NCBI GenBank assembly: GCA_028716085.1
Contig: JAQUQM010000002.1
Coordinates: 1-57,934, forward strand
Source: Dehalococcoidia bacterium
GTDB lineage: Bacteria > Chloroflexota > Dehalococcoidia > GIF9 > UBA5629
Direction: 5' to 3'
Length of the DNA: 57,934 nucleotides
In this document: piece by piece, positions 29,701 to 38,127 of the stretch
How the letters are laid out: every line of letters starts with the position of its first letter
Position numbering within the stretch: the stretch's first letter is position 1
Notes under the pieces: generated by a model
Databases searched by the model: none
The model's input: only the letters and a program-made list of their open reading frames with translations
Told to the model about the DNA's origin: nothing
Translations under genes and position numbers: made by a program

Positions 29701-29919
29701 GAAAGCAAGGGGGTCACCAAAATCGGTCCTTTTGGAGAAACCACCTTTACGCCTTTGAGCGGGCGCTGGAACGATAAGAACGGGACAAAATTGGGCATGT
29801 GGGATCCACAAACGGGCGGTTATTACCTGGATGTATCGGGTGAGCGCACATGGGGCGACAATTCATCCATCATTAAATTGAATCCGTTTACGCGGACAAA
29901 TCAGAATAGCTCGCCTTAG
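26764..29919 (+). CDS. STT3/AglB-type oligosaccharyltransferase (GT66-like) with C-terminal FG-GAP/VCBS-like repeat module
   Basis: 1051 aa; about 13 TM N-terminal half. First-loop motif TGIDAYYYMRLVDN, then LGYTDHHIAEV. Literal WWDYGYW motif at nt 28471-28485 in the soluble domain. A C-terminal 265 aa repeat module is absent from the downstream paralog. Confidence 0.85.
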   Translation: MNQKRIPLWLVVGIILFIIVLIALWLRIALPYKQVFVGEWVKMTGIDAYYYMRLVDNLVRHFPNLTQFDPYYQYPGGVTTGGAPNFFAYFMAAIIWLLGLGSPDQHIVDVIAVYIPPLMAALTIILVFFIGKTIAGKWMGLLAAGLLAIMPGEFLNRSMLGYTDHHIAEVLFSTIFMLFVFLSLKSGEGASFDAIKLKQWKLLNKPIIYGALAGFGLALYTLTWAGALLFVLVVLVFLIIQVIVDHLRGRKSDYIALALGPAFIVAILGYIPWARDLRTMLSLVMGLAVTVVLVVLSDYMLNRGYRRFYYPVAVFAMGVTGALALYLVYPELLISTTYQIASLLFTWGTSTTVMEMQPLLMYQGDLSFVVAFGNYTTAFIFCFAGLGLLIYQALRRDNPDRILLIIWSVIVLLSTLSMRRFAYYFAVNVALLTGYLTWMVLQFAMTRKEEAKPAALPVKPTAKNRKKIVTKPPPSSSKKPLIVALLILLILLLVYYPNFGPLPDGQRPSIDLASRPLFAPSNAWCESLDWLRSNSPDPLSSADAYYAYYRTGTESQNFSYTKTEYGVLNWWDYGYWVTRIGRRLPASNPGTGEYGEARYYTAQDEFNAGRAINNYGTRYVIVDYEIASYNSKFHALASLSGENYSRYFDLFVQKQGTNYQPVVLFFPEYYRSMVVRLYNFDGKAVIPQTVTVINTADRVGPQGKIYKEIMDIKEFATFTEAQEFINSKKSDDYLIVSDDPLKSPVPLAELTQYSLQYSSSQKNSYLFKPISDIKIFEYRKLAIPITGDWDGRGITKLGEWQPDESCFLLDVDGDGIWNPDKGDAKLGPFGFSTDIPLIGDWTGDGKDKIGVWRPSELCFYLDSNGDGVWNPEKGDRKLGPYGLSFNNTPVVGDWNGDGKDEIGVWGNSRIANKMTFYLNIAGDGNWNSENGNLIIDPFGKKGNVPVIGDWNNDGKDEIGVWDPVSRDFYLDAMGKGVWDESKGVTKIGPFGETTFTPLSGRWNDKNGTKLGMWDPQTGGYYLDVSGERTWGDNSSIIKLNPFTRTNQNSSP
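29122..29916 (+). repeat. Five intragenic tandem repeats (52-56 codons each) of an FG-GAP/VCBS-like unit
   Basis: Units start at 29122, 29278, 29437, 29605 and 29761. Consensus is GDW(x)GDGKD(E/K)IGVW-x(5-10)-FYLD-x2-GDG-x-WN-x3-G-x3-GPFG. The last unit is degenerate (GRWNDKNGTKLGMW...YYLDVSGERTW). Confidence 0.6.
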
Positions 29920-29927
29920 TAACCATT

Positions 29928-32264
29928 ATGAAACAAAAAAGAACAAAGTCGTGGCTGATTGCAGGCGCTATCCTCTTTGCGATCATCCTAATTACATTGT
30001 GGCTCAGGATTGTACTTCCATATCCGCAGGTATTTGTCGATAATTGGGTAAAACTTACGGGCGTGGATGCATATTATTATATGCGGCTGGTGGATAATCT
30101 GGTGCGCCATTTTCCCAATCTGACACAGTTCGATCCGTATTTTCAGTATCCCGGAGGGTGGGATCCAGGCGCCGCCCCAAATTTCTTTGCGTATTTTATG
30201 GGCGCCATTATTTGGATGCTGGGATTAGGAACGACGGATCAACACACTGTAGATGTGATTGCGGTATACATACCGCCGGTATTGGCTGCGCTGACAGTGA
30301 TTGCAGTATTTTTTATTGGCAAGACGATCGGTGGCAAGTGGATGGGATTATTGGCAGCCGGCCTACTGGCTATCATACCAGGCGAGTTTCTCAACCGTTC
30401 CCTGCTGGGCAATACCGATCATCATGTTGCCGAGGTGCTATTCTCATCAGTCGCAATGATGTTCGTTTTTATGTTTATTCACAGCAGTGAAAGGAAAAGC
30501 TTTGCCGGGTTGAGAGAAGAAGGATCATGGAAAGAAACCAAGCTTTTGTTGTATGGGATTCTGGGTGGAGTATTCCTTGGCACCTACCTTCTCACATGGG
30601 CAGGGGCATTATTATTCGTATTGATATTTTTCGTATTTATCGTGGTACAGGCTGTAATAGAACACATGTGCGGCAGATCCAACGATTACCTGGGGTTACT
30701 TGGATTATGTATATTTGGGACGGCATTTGTAGTATATCTGCCCTGGGCAAGAAGTACTTATGTTACGTTATCCTTGATGATAGCAATATTTACATCAATA
30801 TTGCTGGTTATTGTATCTCGCAGCATGCTTAAACTCCGCGTGAAAAGCCTTTATTATCCAGTCGTTATTATCAGCCTGGGAATTATTGGCTGCCTCGGTA
30901 TTTATCTTGTTAATGACAAACTGCTGATCCAATTGATTTCGCGTGTTTTCAGTATATTCATCTGGAGTACAGATACTACTGTTTTTGAGATGCAACCGCT
31001 GTTGTGGTACGGCAAGGAATTCACTTTTTCTGTTGTAATGCAGAATTATGCTACCGGTTTTATCCTGAGTATGTTGGCTCTGGTAATCTTGATATACCGT
31101 GTCATAAAAAATAACAGAGTTGTTGATGTGCTGCTTGCCGTCTGGAGCGTGATTATTCTACTGGCGGCGCTCAGCATGAAAAGGTTTGCCTATTATTTCG
31201 ACCTTAATGTAGCTTTGTTGACAGGTTACCTGTCGTGGATTGTATTAAGCCTGGTTCTAACCGGAAAAGTTCTGCCTGATAAAGATGAGCAAAAAGAAAA
31301 ACAAGATATTGGCACCCTAGGGAAAAAGGCCATAAAACAGAAATCAACACATAAATTCAGTAAAACATATATGTATGTGGCATTACTGATGATATTTCTC
31401 ATTGTTTACTATCCTGACATCGGCCCTTTACCGGGTGGAAGGAAACCGGCGATTGATGTTGCCAGCAAACCTGCGTTCTTACCTGCCGATTCATGGTGTG
31501 AATCCCTGGACTGGCTTAGATTGAATACGCCGGAACCACTTGGAGACGCAGATGACTACTACGGCTTATATCAAGCGCCTCATGAATCCGGGGGATTCAG
31601 TTATCCTTCAACGGCATACGGTGTGCTGTCCTGGTGGGACTACGGGTATCTGATTACAAGGATAGGGAGGAGAATACCGCATTCGAATCCCGGTATAGGA
31701 ACCTATGGCGAAGCGAACTATTTTATTGCCCAGGATCAAGAATCGTCCGGCAAGCTCATGCATGATTGGGGTATTAAATACGTTGTCATAAGCTATGATA
31801 TGACATCGTTTAAAGAGAAATTCTACGCCATGGCGCTTTACGGTGGTCATGAACGAGAGGATTACTATGATTTTTATCTGAAGAAAACAGATGGCGGTTA
31901 TGATGCAGTATTATTCTTTTATCCCGATTATTACCGCACTATGGCAGTAAGATTATTTAACTTTAATGGAGAAGAAGTGGTCCCCGCAGCTACTATGGTT
32001 GTGGATTATTCTATCGGGACGGATAAATCTGGAAAAAGATATAAAGTCATTAATGAGATTAAAAAGTTCGATTATTATTCCGAAGCTATGGATTTTATCG
32101 AACAGCACCAGGGCAATTACCGGATAATTGGAACAGACCCGGGCAACAGCCCTGTCCCGCTTGAAAAACTGAGTCATTATGAATTGGTCTACGGCTCCAG
32201 TCAACAAGCAGAAGTCGGCACGGTTACCACGGCCGGGATAAAGATTTTTGAGTATACAGAATAA
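29928..32264 (+). CDS. STT3/AglB-type oligosaccharyltransferase paralog (GT66-like), short form
   Basis: 778 aa and collinear with the upstream paralog (same N-terminal TGVDAYYYMRLVDNLVRHFPNLTQFDPY block and LGNTDHHVAEV). WWDYGYL at nt 31632-31646. It ends (IKIFEYTE*) exactly where the paralog's repeat extension begins. Starts 8 nt after the upstream stop. Confidence 0.85.
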   Translation: MKQKRTKSWLIAGAILFAIILITLWLRIVLPYPQVFVDNWVKLTGVDAYYYMRLVDNLVRHFPNLTQFDPYFQYPGGWDPGAAPNFFAYFMGAIIWMLGLGTTDQHTVDVIAVYIPPVLAALTVIAVFFIGKTIGGKWMGLLAAGLLAIIPGEFLNRSLLGNTDHHVAEVLFSSVAMMFVFMFIHSSERKSFAGLREEGSWKETKLLLYGILGGVFLGTYLLTWAGALLFVLIFFVFIVVQAVIEHMCGRSNDYLGLLGLCIFGTAFVVYLPWARSTYVTLSLMIAIFTSILLVIVSRSMLKLRVKSLYYPVVIISLGIIGCLGIYLVNDKLLIQLISRVFSIFIWSTDTTVFEMQPLLWYGKEFTFSVVMQNYATGFILSMLALVILIYRVIKNNRVVDVLLAVWSVIILLAALSMKRFAYYFDLNVALLTGYLSWIVLSLVLTGKVLPDKDEQKEKQDIGTLGKKAIKQKSTHKFSKTYMYVALLMIFLIVYYPDIGPLPGGRKPAIDVASKPAFLPADSWCESLDWLRLNTPEPLGDADDYYGLYQAPHESGGFSYPSTAYGVLSWWDYGYLITRIGRRIPHSNPGIGTYGEANYFIAQDQESSGKLMHDWGIKYVVISYDMTSFKEKFYAMALYGGHEREDYYDFYLKKTDGGYDAVLFFYPDYYRTMAVRLFNFNGEEVVPAATMVVDYSIGTDKSGKRYKVINEIKKFDYYSEAMDFIEQHQGNYRIIGTDPGNSPVPLEKLSHYELVYGSSQQAEVGTVTTAGIKIFEYTE

Positions 32265-32280
32265 AGAGGCCTCCAATTTT

Positions 32281-33390
32281 ATGAAATCGGCAATAATCGC
32301 GATGACATTATATCAAACACAGGGGGCGGATCGTCTAACATGGCAGCAAGCTGAAGCGTTATCTCGAAAAGGCGATGAAGTATCAATTTTCACTTTTTCT
32401 ACTAGATTTAATCAGTTGCAGAATATAAAACTTATTAAGATGGGCATGCCCGCAGGATTTTATAGTGAAAAAATCTTTCGCATTTGCCTCCCTGTTAATT
32501 TCATTAAGGCTTATCAATGGGTACCGAGATTAAAGGGCTTCGATATTGTTTATGCTCATGGATATCCCGCCAGCTGGTTTGCATACCTGTCCAAAATATT
32601 CTTCGGTGTTAAATACATTCATTATTTTTATCATATCAATACACCGGGATTTTTCCCCGGCCTTTTCCCCAGGATTTATACAACAATTCAGCTTTTTTTC
32701 GAAAAAATAACTCTCAGTAAAGCTGATGGCGCAATCACAATCAGTGAATTTGCACAGCAGCAACTAACAAAATTTGCCAAGTTGGAGAGTAAAGTAATAT
32801 ATCCTCAAATAGATTGCATCAGGTTCCAACCTGATATAGACAGAAGAAAAATCAGGGATAGATATGATATAGGAGATGCCCCGCTGGTTCTGTTTGTCGG
32901 CGGCATATCACCACAAAAGTGCATTCATTTGCTGATCAATGCTTTTAAAATCTTAAAAATAGATATTCCGAATGCAAGGCTATTAATAGTCGGCAAGTTC
33001 CTCTTTGACAGTTATACTGACTTGTTGAAGCAGATGTCTGATGATTCAGTTGTATTTTCGGGAGAATTGGCTGATGAGGATATACCATACTGCTATGCGG
33101 CCTGTGATGTTTATGTATCGGCAAGTAGATGGGAGGGTTTCAATCTCCCGCTTGCGGAAGCACAGGCTTGCGGAAGGCCGGTTGTAGCCTTTAATATAGG
33201 GCCACATCCTGAAGTTATGATCGATGAAGTCACAGGATTTTTAGTCCCTGAGCTCGATTTACCAGCTATGGCTGAAAAAATTGAACTGCTGCTATGTGAT
33301 GAAAAGCTGAAAAATGCTATGGGGAAAGCTGCTCGGGGGTTTATTACAGAGAAATATTCTGAAAACCAATATCTCAATATTGAATTCTGA
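32281..33390 (+). CDS. Glycosyltransferase family 4 (GT-B, group 1)
   Basis: C-terminal EX7E motif (WEGFNLPLAEAQACGRPVVA) and VGG...K nucleotide-sugar binding region. I prefer the ATG at 32281 (RBS aaagagg 11 nt upstream). The tracked ORF starts at a TTG at 32248 that overlaps the OST gene. Confidence 0.85.
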   Translation: MKSAIIAMTLYQTQGADRLTWQQAEALSRKGDEVSIFTFSTRFNQLQNIKLIKMGMPAGFYSEKIFRICLPVNFIKAYQWVPRLKGFDIVYAHGYPASWFAYLSKIFFGVKYIHYFYHINTPGFFPGLFPRIYTTIQLFFEKITLSKADGAITISEFAQQQLTKFAKLESKVIYPQIDCIRFQPDIDRRKIRDRYDIGDAPLVLFVGGISPQKCIHLLINAFKILKIDIPNARLLIVGKFLFDSYTDLLKQMSDDSVVFSGELADEDIPYCYAACDVYVSASRWEGFNLPLAEAQACGRPVVAFNIGPHPEVMIDEVTGFLVPELDLPAMAEKIELLLCDEKLKNAMGKAARGFITEKYSENQYLNIEF

Positions 33391-33574
33391 TTATTAGAAA
33401 TAGTATCATGCCCAATATCACGGTCCCAAATCGATAGGATACTGGCAGTGCAAGCTGCTCTTAAAGTCCTGTTTCACTTTGGCATACTGATGTGCGGCAA
33501 TTTGATTTTGTTATAATTATACGCCGTATAGTTTATCCTGACGTTTGAAGATTAAGGTTTACGAAGATATTTGT

Positions 33575-34540
33575 ATGCTGCAAAAACTTGCACCGAAGAG
33601 TAAAGGTTCCTTACCCGCCGGTATACTCAGGATTGTGATCAAACCCTTTATTGGAACAGGAATAGGTAGATTTTCCCTTGTAAATAAGATATATCAGTTC
33701 TTCGCCAAGGTTTTTATCATTCCACAGGAAAACCAGCTTGTTACTATTAACGGATACAAGATGTATATCAATTTAGATCGTGAAAAAGGGCTTGACGGCA
33801 TCTCCCAGGAACTTATATTTCACGGTACATATGAGAAATATGCAACGTCTTTGTTCCAGCAGTATGTTAAAAGGGGTATGACTGTGATCACTATAGGGGC
33901 AAATATCGGATATTTCGTGCTGCTGTTCTCATCATTGGTGGGGAAGGATGGCAAGGTATTTGCGTTCGAGCCGGCACCTCAGAACTTCAACTTACTAGTT
34001 CGAAATATTGAACTGAACGGATATGATAACATCGTTGCACTGCAGAAGGCAGTTTCCGATAGGTCAGGAGCAGGGATATTGTATATAGATAAATCTGATC
34101 CGGCGGGGCACAGTCTTTTTCAGGAAGCTACAAACCAGGTAACCGGCGGTAAAGCGGAAACACTTTCTGTTGACATGGTAAGCCTCGACGAATATTTTAA
34201 GAATAATAATATCAGTGCAGATATTATTCAGATGGATATACAAGGTGCAGAACCTCTTGCTGTCAAGGGAATGGAGAATTTAATCTCCAGTAGTAAGGAA
34301 GTGAAGATTTTTACCGAATTCTGGCCGTTTGGATTGGAAAAGAGTGGATTTTCAGCGGAGCAATATTGGACTCAATTGAATCAATTGGGTTTTAAATATA
34401 TTTATCTCATTAATGAACGACACCAAAACCTAGAACCGACGAGCTTAGTGGAAGCAGTTAAACTTTGCAGGGGAAATGTAATTACACCTCCCAGCGCAGT
34501 CAATTTGTTATGTACTGCGACTCCACTGGATTGTATTTAA
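33575..34540 (+). CDS. FkbM-family SAM-dependent methyltransferase
   Basis: Methyltransf_21-type motifs VITIGANIGYF, VFAFEPAPQNF and IQMDIQGAE. ATG at 33575 preferred over the TTG at 33545. Confidence 0.8.
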   Translation: MLQKLAPKSKGSLPAGILRIVIKPFIGTGIGRFSLVNKIYQFFAKVFIIPQENQLVTINGYKMYINLDREKGLDGISQELIFHGTYEKYATSLFQQYVKRGMTVITIGANIGYFVLLFSSLVGKDGKVFAFEPAPQNFNLLVRNIELNGYDNIVALQKAVSDRSGAGILYIDKSDPAGHSLFQEATNQVTGGKAETLSVDMVSLDEYFKNNNISADIIQMDIQGAEPLAVKGMENLISSSKEVKIFTEFWPFGLEKSGFSAEQYWTQLNQLGFKYIYLINERHQNLEPTSLVEAVKLCRGNVITPPSAVNLLCTATPLDCI

Positions 34541-34634
34541 TTTGTGAATATTGCTACGATGATAAACATAGTGTTAGTTATGTCTTAACGATTCTTAATA
34601 TAAAACAGGTGGAAAGTTACAGGATGATTTCGTC

Positions 34635-35573
34635 ATGAAAACGCAAGGTTCGTTTCCCTTTCGGATATTTAAAAGCGCTGTTAAGCCGTTTATCGGGACA
34701 GGGATAGGGAGGTTCCGCCCTATTGGGGCATTCTATAATTATCTTGCCGGTAATATAACTGTGCCGGAGGAAGAGAGTACCATTTGTGTAAACGGGTACC
34801 GGATGCATACACATTCCGACAAGAAGGGAATTGAGGGTATTGCACATGAGTTGCTCTTAACTGGCACATATGAAGAATATACCTCTTTTGTATTTAAGCA
34901 ATATGTGAAAAAAGGTATGACAGTACTGGATATTGGCGCTAATATCGGATATTTCACTCTTTTAGCAGCCAGCCTGGTCGGGGAAGGCGGCAAAGTATAT
35001 GCATTTGAACCGGAACCTAAAAACTATAATTTACTTGTAAAAAATGTGGAGCTTAACAGCTATAACAATATCGTAGCGGTGCCCAAAGCTGTATCAGATA
35101 GAGTAGATGAACTTCAGCTGTTTATTGACAGGGTAGAATCGGGAGGGCATAGCCTGTTTAAAGAATCTGCACGAAGAGGAAATATAAACTCCGTAGAATC
35201 AGTGACGGTCAGCACCACCAGTATTGATGAATTTTTCGGTGACAACCAGTCGATTATTGATGTTATTAAAATTGATATTGAGGGTGCGGAAGTGCTGGCT
35301 TTAAAAGGAATGCAAAATACCTTAAGTAGAAATAGGGATGTTAAGTTATTTACGGAATTTACTCCTCATAAACTTAGAAATGCTGGAAATTCCGCCGAGG
35401 AGTACTGGGCGTATCTGGTAAAATCAGGATTCAATCATATCTATATCATTAATAGCCACAAAAAGGTACTGGAAAATGCCACTCTTGATGCGATATTACG
35501 TTATTGCCGGGGAGGAATGTTTAAACAAGCAGGACATGTGAATTTACTATGTGCAAAAATCTCCCTGGATTAG
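34635..35573 (+). CDS. FkbM-family SAM-dependent methyltransferase (tandem paralog)
   Basis: Collinear with the upstream gene (VKPFIGTGIGRF, VLDIGANIGYF, VYAFEPEPKNY, IKIDIEGAE, VNLLC). Confidence 0.8.
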   Translation: MKTQGSFPFRIFKSAVKPFIGTGIGRFRPIGAFYNYLAGNITVPEEESTICVNGYRMHTHSDKKGIEGIAHELLLTGTYEEYTSFVFKQYVKKGMTVLDIGANIGYFTLLAASLVGEGGKVYAFEPEPKNYNLLVKNVELNSYNNIVAVPKAVSDRVDELQLFIDRVESGGHSLFKESARRGNINSVESVTVSTTSIDEFFGDNQSIIDVIKIDIEGAEVLALKGMQNTLSRNRDVKLFTEFTPHKLRNAGNSAEEYWAYLVKSGFNHIYIINSHKKVLENATLDAILRYCRGGMFKQAGHVNLLCAKISLD

Positions 35574-35621
35574 TACATATACAGATAATAAGATTAATCG
35601 GTAAATATTCGATAATTAGTT

Positions 35622-36875
35622 ATGTATTTTAAAAACGATCGTGACCATCCTATAAAAACACCTTTTGCCTGCCCATTCCCGTGGACATCGCTTTCATTAA
35701 ATTATGACGGTGGAATATCCTTTTGTTGCCTGCATTACCCATTTGCTCATATCAGTGAGCTTTCAGAGAAATCGGTAGATTCTATATGGAACGGCAGCGT
35801 AGCACAGGATTTACGACGGAGGTGGAAAGAGGGAAGGCTTAAAGGCACACCCTGCGGAAATTGCCCTGGATTAAGTGAGTTTAAAAGATATGCTTACCCT
35901 GTGAATGATCTGGAAAATATGCCTGAAGGACCCTACAAAGAGAATGTTCAACTCAATATCTCTGAGATTAAGCAGAGCGAAACCAGATTGAAATCACTGC
36001 CTATCAGCATTTATTATACGCCGAGTGTTCTATGCAATATAGATTGCATACATTGCTGCCAGCCGAAAATCGGCAAAAATAATTATACGTACCTTGATAC
36101 GGAAGAACTGATTAAATTCTACCGGATTCTGGGCATGAAATCGGTCAGTCATGCTATATCAGGCGGGGAACCCTTATATTTGAAGCAGGTATCCAGACTG
36201 ATTAGTGAATTTAGCCCTGAACAAAAAGCCGCTTCCGAATTGATATTATTCACCAACGCACTTCTCATAAAAGAGAAGTTTGACCAGATTGCCGGATTCA
36301 GAAAATATGATTTTGAGATCAGTATTGCGTCATCGAATAAAGAGATATATGAGTATATTCATAGTGGCGCCAGCTATGACATGTTAATCGAGAATCTTGA
36401 ATTCCTTATTCAACGCAAAGCCGAAGGAATTGACTTATCTGCAAATCGAATAATGGTACTGATGAAATCAAATTTCAATGACCTGAACAATGTTTTTGAG
36501 TTTGCATCAAGGTATAAATTGGATGATACCTGGATACGCGCTATTGATGCTGCATATCATAAATACAAAATAATGCCGGATGAAAACATTTTCATGTTAC
36601 CCTATTTACTTGGCGGCATACCCAACTGGCAGGATACAATGGAGAAAGCATCACAAGCCGCTGAATCAAGCAATAACCGTGTAGCCTATGATCACATACA
36701 ATATCTGCAGAAAAATGTCTCCGGGTCGCGAATTGTAAATTTGTATCGTTCGATAATTAATTGGCTGCGCTGGTTTTTCACTATAAGCATCCTGCGATTA
36801 TGGCGGGAACCAGTGCAAAGGGCAAAAATTGCTTCTCTGAGACATCGTTTATCTACATTATTAAGCAGAAAATAG
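35622..36875 (+). CDS. Radical SAM enzyme with an N-terminal SPASM-like cysteine module (apparently permuted domain order)
   Basis: CxxxCxxC radical SAM motif CNIDCIHCC at about aa 138-146 and a GGEP glycine-rich motif. The N-terminal 90 aa read ACPFPWTSLSLNYDGGISFCC...IWNG...PCGNCPG, matching the C-terminal SPASM/twitch modules of the two other radical SAM proteins in this window. The C-terminus has no Cys cluster. Confidence 0.78.
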   Translation: MYFKNDRDHPIKTPFACPFPWTSLSLNYDGGISFCCLHYPFAHISELSEKSVDSIWNGSVAQDLRRRWKEGRLKGTPCGNCPGLSEFKRYAYPVNDLENMPEGPYKENVQLNISEIKQSETRLKSLPISIYYTPSVLCNIDCIHCCQPKIGKNNYTYLDTEELIKFYRILGMKSVSHAISGGEPLYLKQVSRLISEFSPEQKAASELILFTNALLIKEKFDQIAGFRKYDFEISIASSNKEIYEYIHSGASYDMLIENLEFLIQRKAEGIDLSANRIMVLMKSNFNDLNNVFEFASRYKLDDTWIRAIDAAYHKYKIMPDENIFMLPYLLGGIPNWQDTMEKASQAAESSNNRVAYDHIQYLQKNVSGSRIVNLYRSIINWLRWFFTISILRLWREPVQRAKIASLRHRLSTLLSRK

Positions 36876-36922
36876 TATAAGTCTTTAGTAGTAACGTTTA
36901 TGGTTAACAAAGCAATTTATCT

Positions 36923-38077
36923 ATGAGTATCGGTAGATCGATCATTAATATTCTGGTAGCAATCTTCGTTTCGTTATACTCGATAGACTTCTTAAGCCGC
37001 TTTATATTCTGTCTACAGGATAGAGGTATGCGCTTGTTCAGCAATAAAATGTTCAGGAAATTTTATTCCCTGGAGCCTTATGAACAAAGAGATCTTAATA
37101 ATAGGACCATATTTACGCTTGTTCCATGTTTTGAAGCTACATTTGCGGAGATGATCCAATATGAAGAAAAAGGCGGACACTGGTTCAGGGCCGGTCGATT
37201 AAAAAAATGGCTTAATGAGAATGAGATTAATATTAATAACGCCGGAATTAATATAAATTCCCACGGCTTTCGGGGATACGAACTTCCACAAGCAAAGGAT
37301 GCTGGTATCGTGCGCATTATGGCTTTGGGAGATAGCTGCACTTTCGGTACAGTTGAATCAATGTCTTATCCCCGGGCTATGGAACGTAAGCTTAACTCCA
37401 ATGGTATTAAAGCCGAGGTTATTAATGCCGGCGTGGAGAAATATGGAATCAGGCATCTATTGAAGAGACAAGAGTATTATCTTGGATTTAAACCCGATAT
37501 TGCTACGATTTATACTGGCTGGATCGGAGCCAACTTTTTTGGCGACGATTTCGCAGGAACTCTCGATGTTTTCAATAACAGCTATTGGCTGGCAGCGTTA
37601 AACTCCAAATTTAGAAAATTGCGCGGCGTTTCGAATTGTGAAGAACCAAAGAAAACCAATGGTAAATTTTATAAAAAAGTAAACACGAATTATGGATCAA
37701 CATATTATATGGACCAAATATGGCTGCTAGCTCAGGGGTTAATGCAAAACAATGTAAAAGTTGTGTTATTTACCTTGCCTTCATGGTTTGATCCCCTTAA
37801 TGAAGCGGATGCAGATATGCTGAAATTCGGTAACCTGCCACCGTTTTCAGGCAATGCGTACATTTTTGGCTATCGTGTTTATGAGTACAATAACCGACTT
37901 CGCGATTTATCGGCCAAGCATGAAATTCCTTTAATAGATCTGGAAAGATATATAGACAACACTTATCACGATAAGAAGCAATATTTTTGGGATGCATGCC
38001 ATCTCAATCCGGAAGTACAGGTAGAAGTCGGTGAATTTATTGCGGCTGAATTAATGAGAACGGGGCTGATAGGGTAG
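36923..38077 (+). CDS. SGNH/GDSL-family hydrolase (esterase or acyltransferase-like), N-terminal membrane anchor
   Basis: N-terminal TM IINILVAIFVSLYSIDF; block I IMALGDSCTFG (GDS); block V WDACHLN (DxxH). Confidence 0.7.
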   Translation: MSIGRSIINILVAIFVSLYSIDFLSRFIFCLQDRGMRLFSNKMFRKFYSLEPYEQRDLNNRTIFTLVPCFEATFAEMIQYEEKGGHWFRAGRLKKWLNENEININNAGININSHGFRGYELPQAKDAGIVRIMALGDSCTFGTVESMSYPRAMERKLNSNGIKAEVINAGVEKYGIRHLLKRQEYYLGFKPDIATIYTGWIGANFFGDDFAGTLDVFNNSYWLAALNSKFRKLRGVSNCEEPKKTNGKFYKKVNTNYGSTYYMDQIWLLAQGLMQNNVKVVLFTLPSWFDPLNEADADMLKFGNLPPFSGNAYIFGYRVYEYNNRLRDLSAKHEIPLIDLERYIDNTYHDKKQYFWDACHLNPEVQVEVGEFIAAELMRTGLIG

Positions 38078-38127
38078 CGCTGGCGATAATAATCATATTA
38101 GTGGATACTTGATCCAGGCTGAACTGT

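Noticed and set aside
26764-32264. The idea that the AglB-like OST genes mean the contig is archaeal.
   Set aside because: The same contig carries a cobalamin riboswitch with an intrinsic terminator, sigma70-like -35/-10 boxes, SD-led genes, NarL/LuxR regulators, FecCD/BtuF-type transporters and Wzx-type flippases. All of these point to a bacterium.
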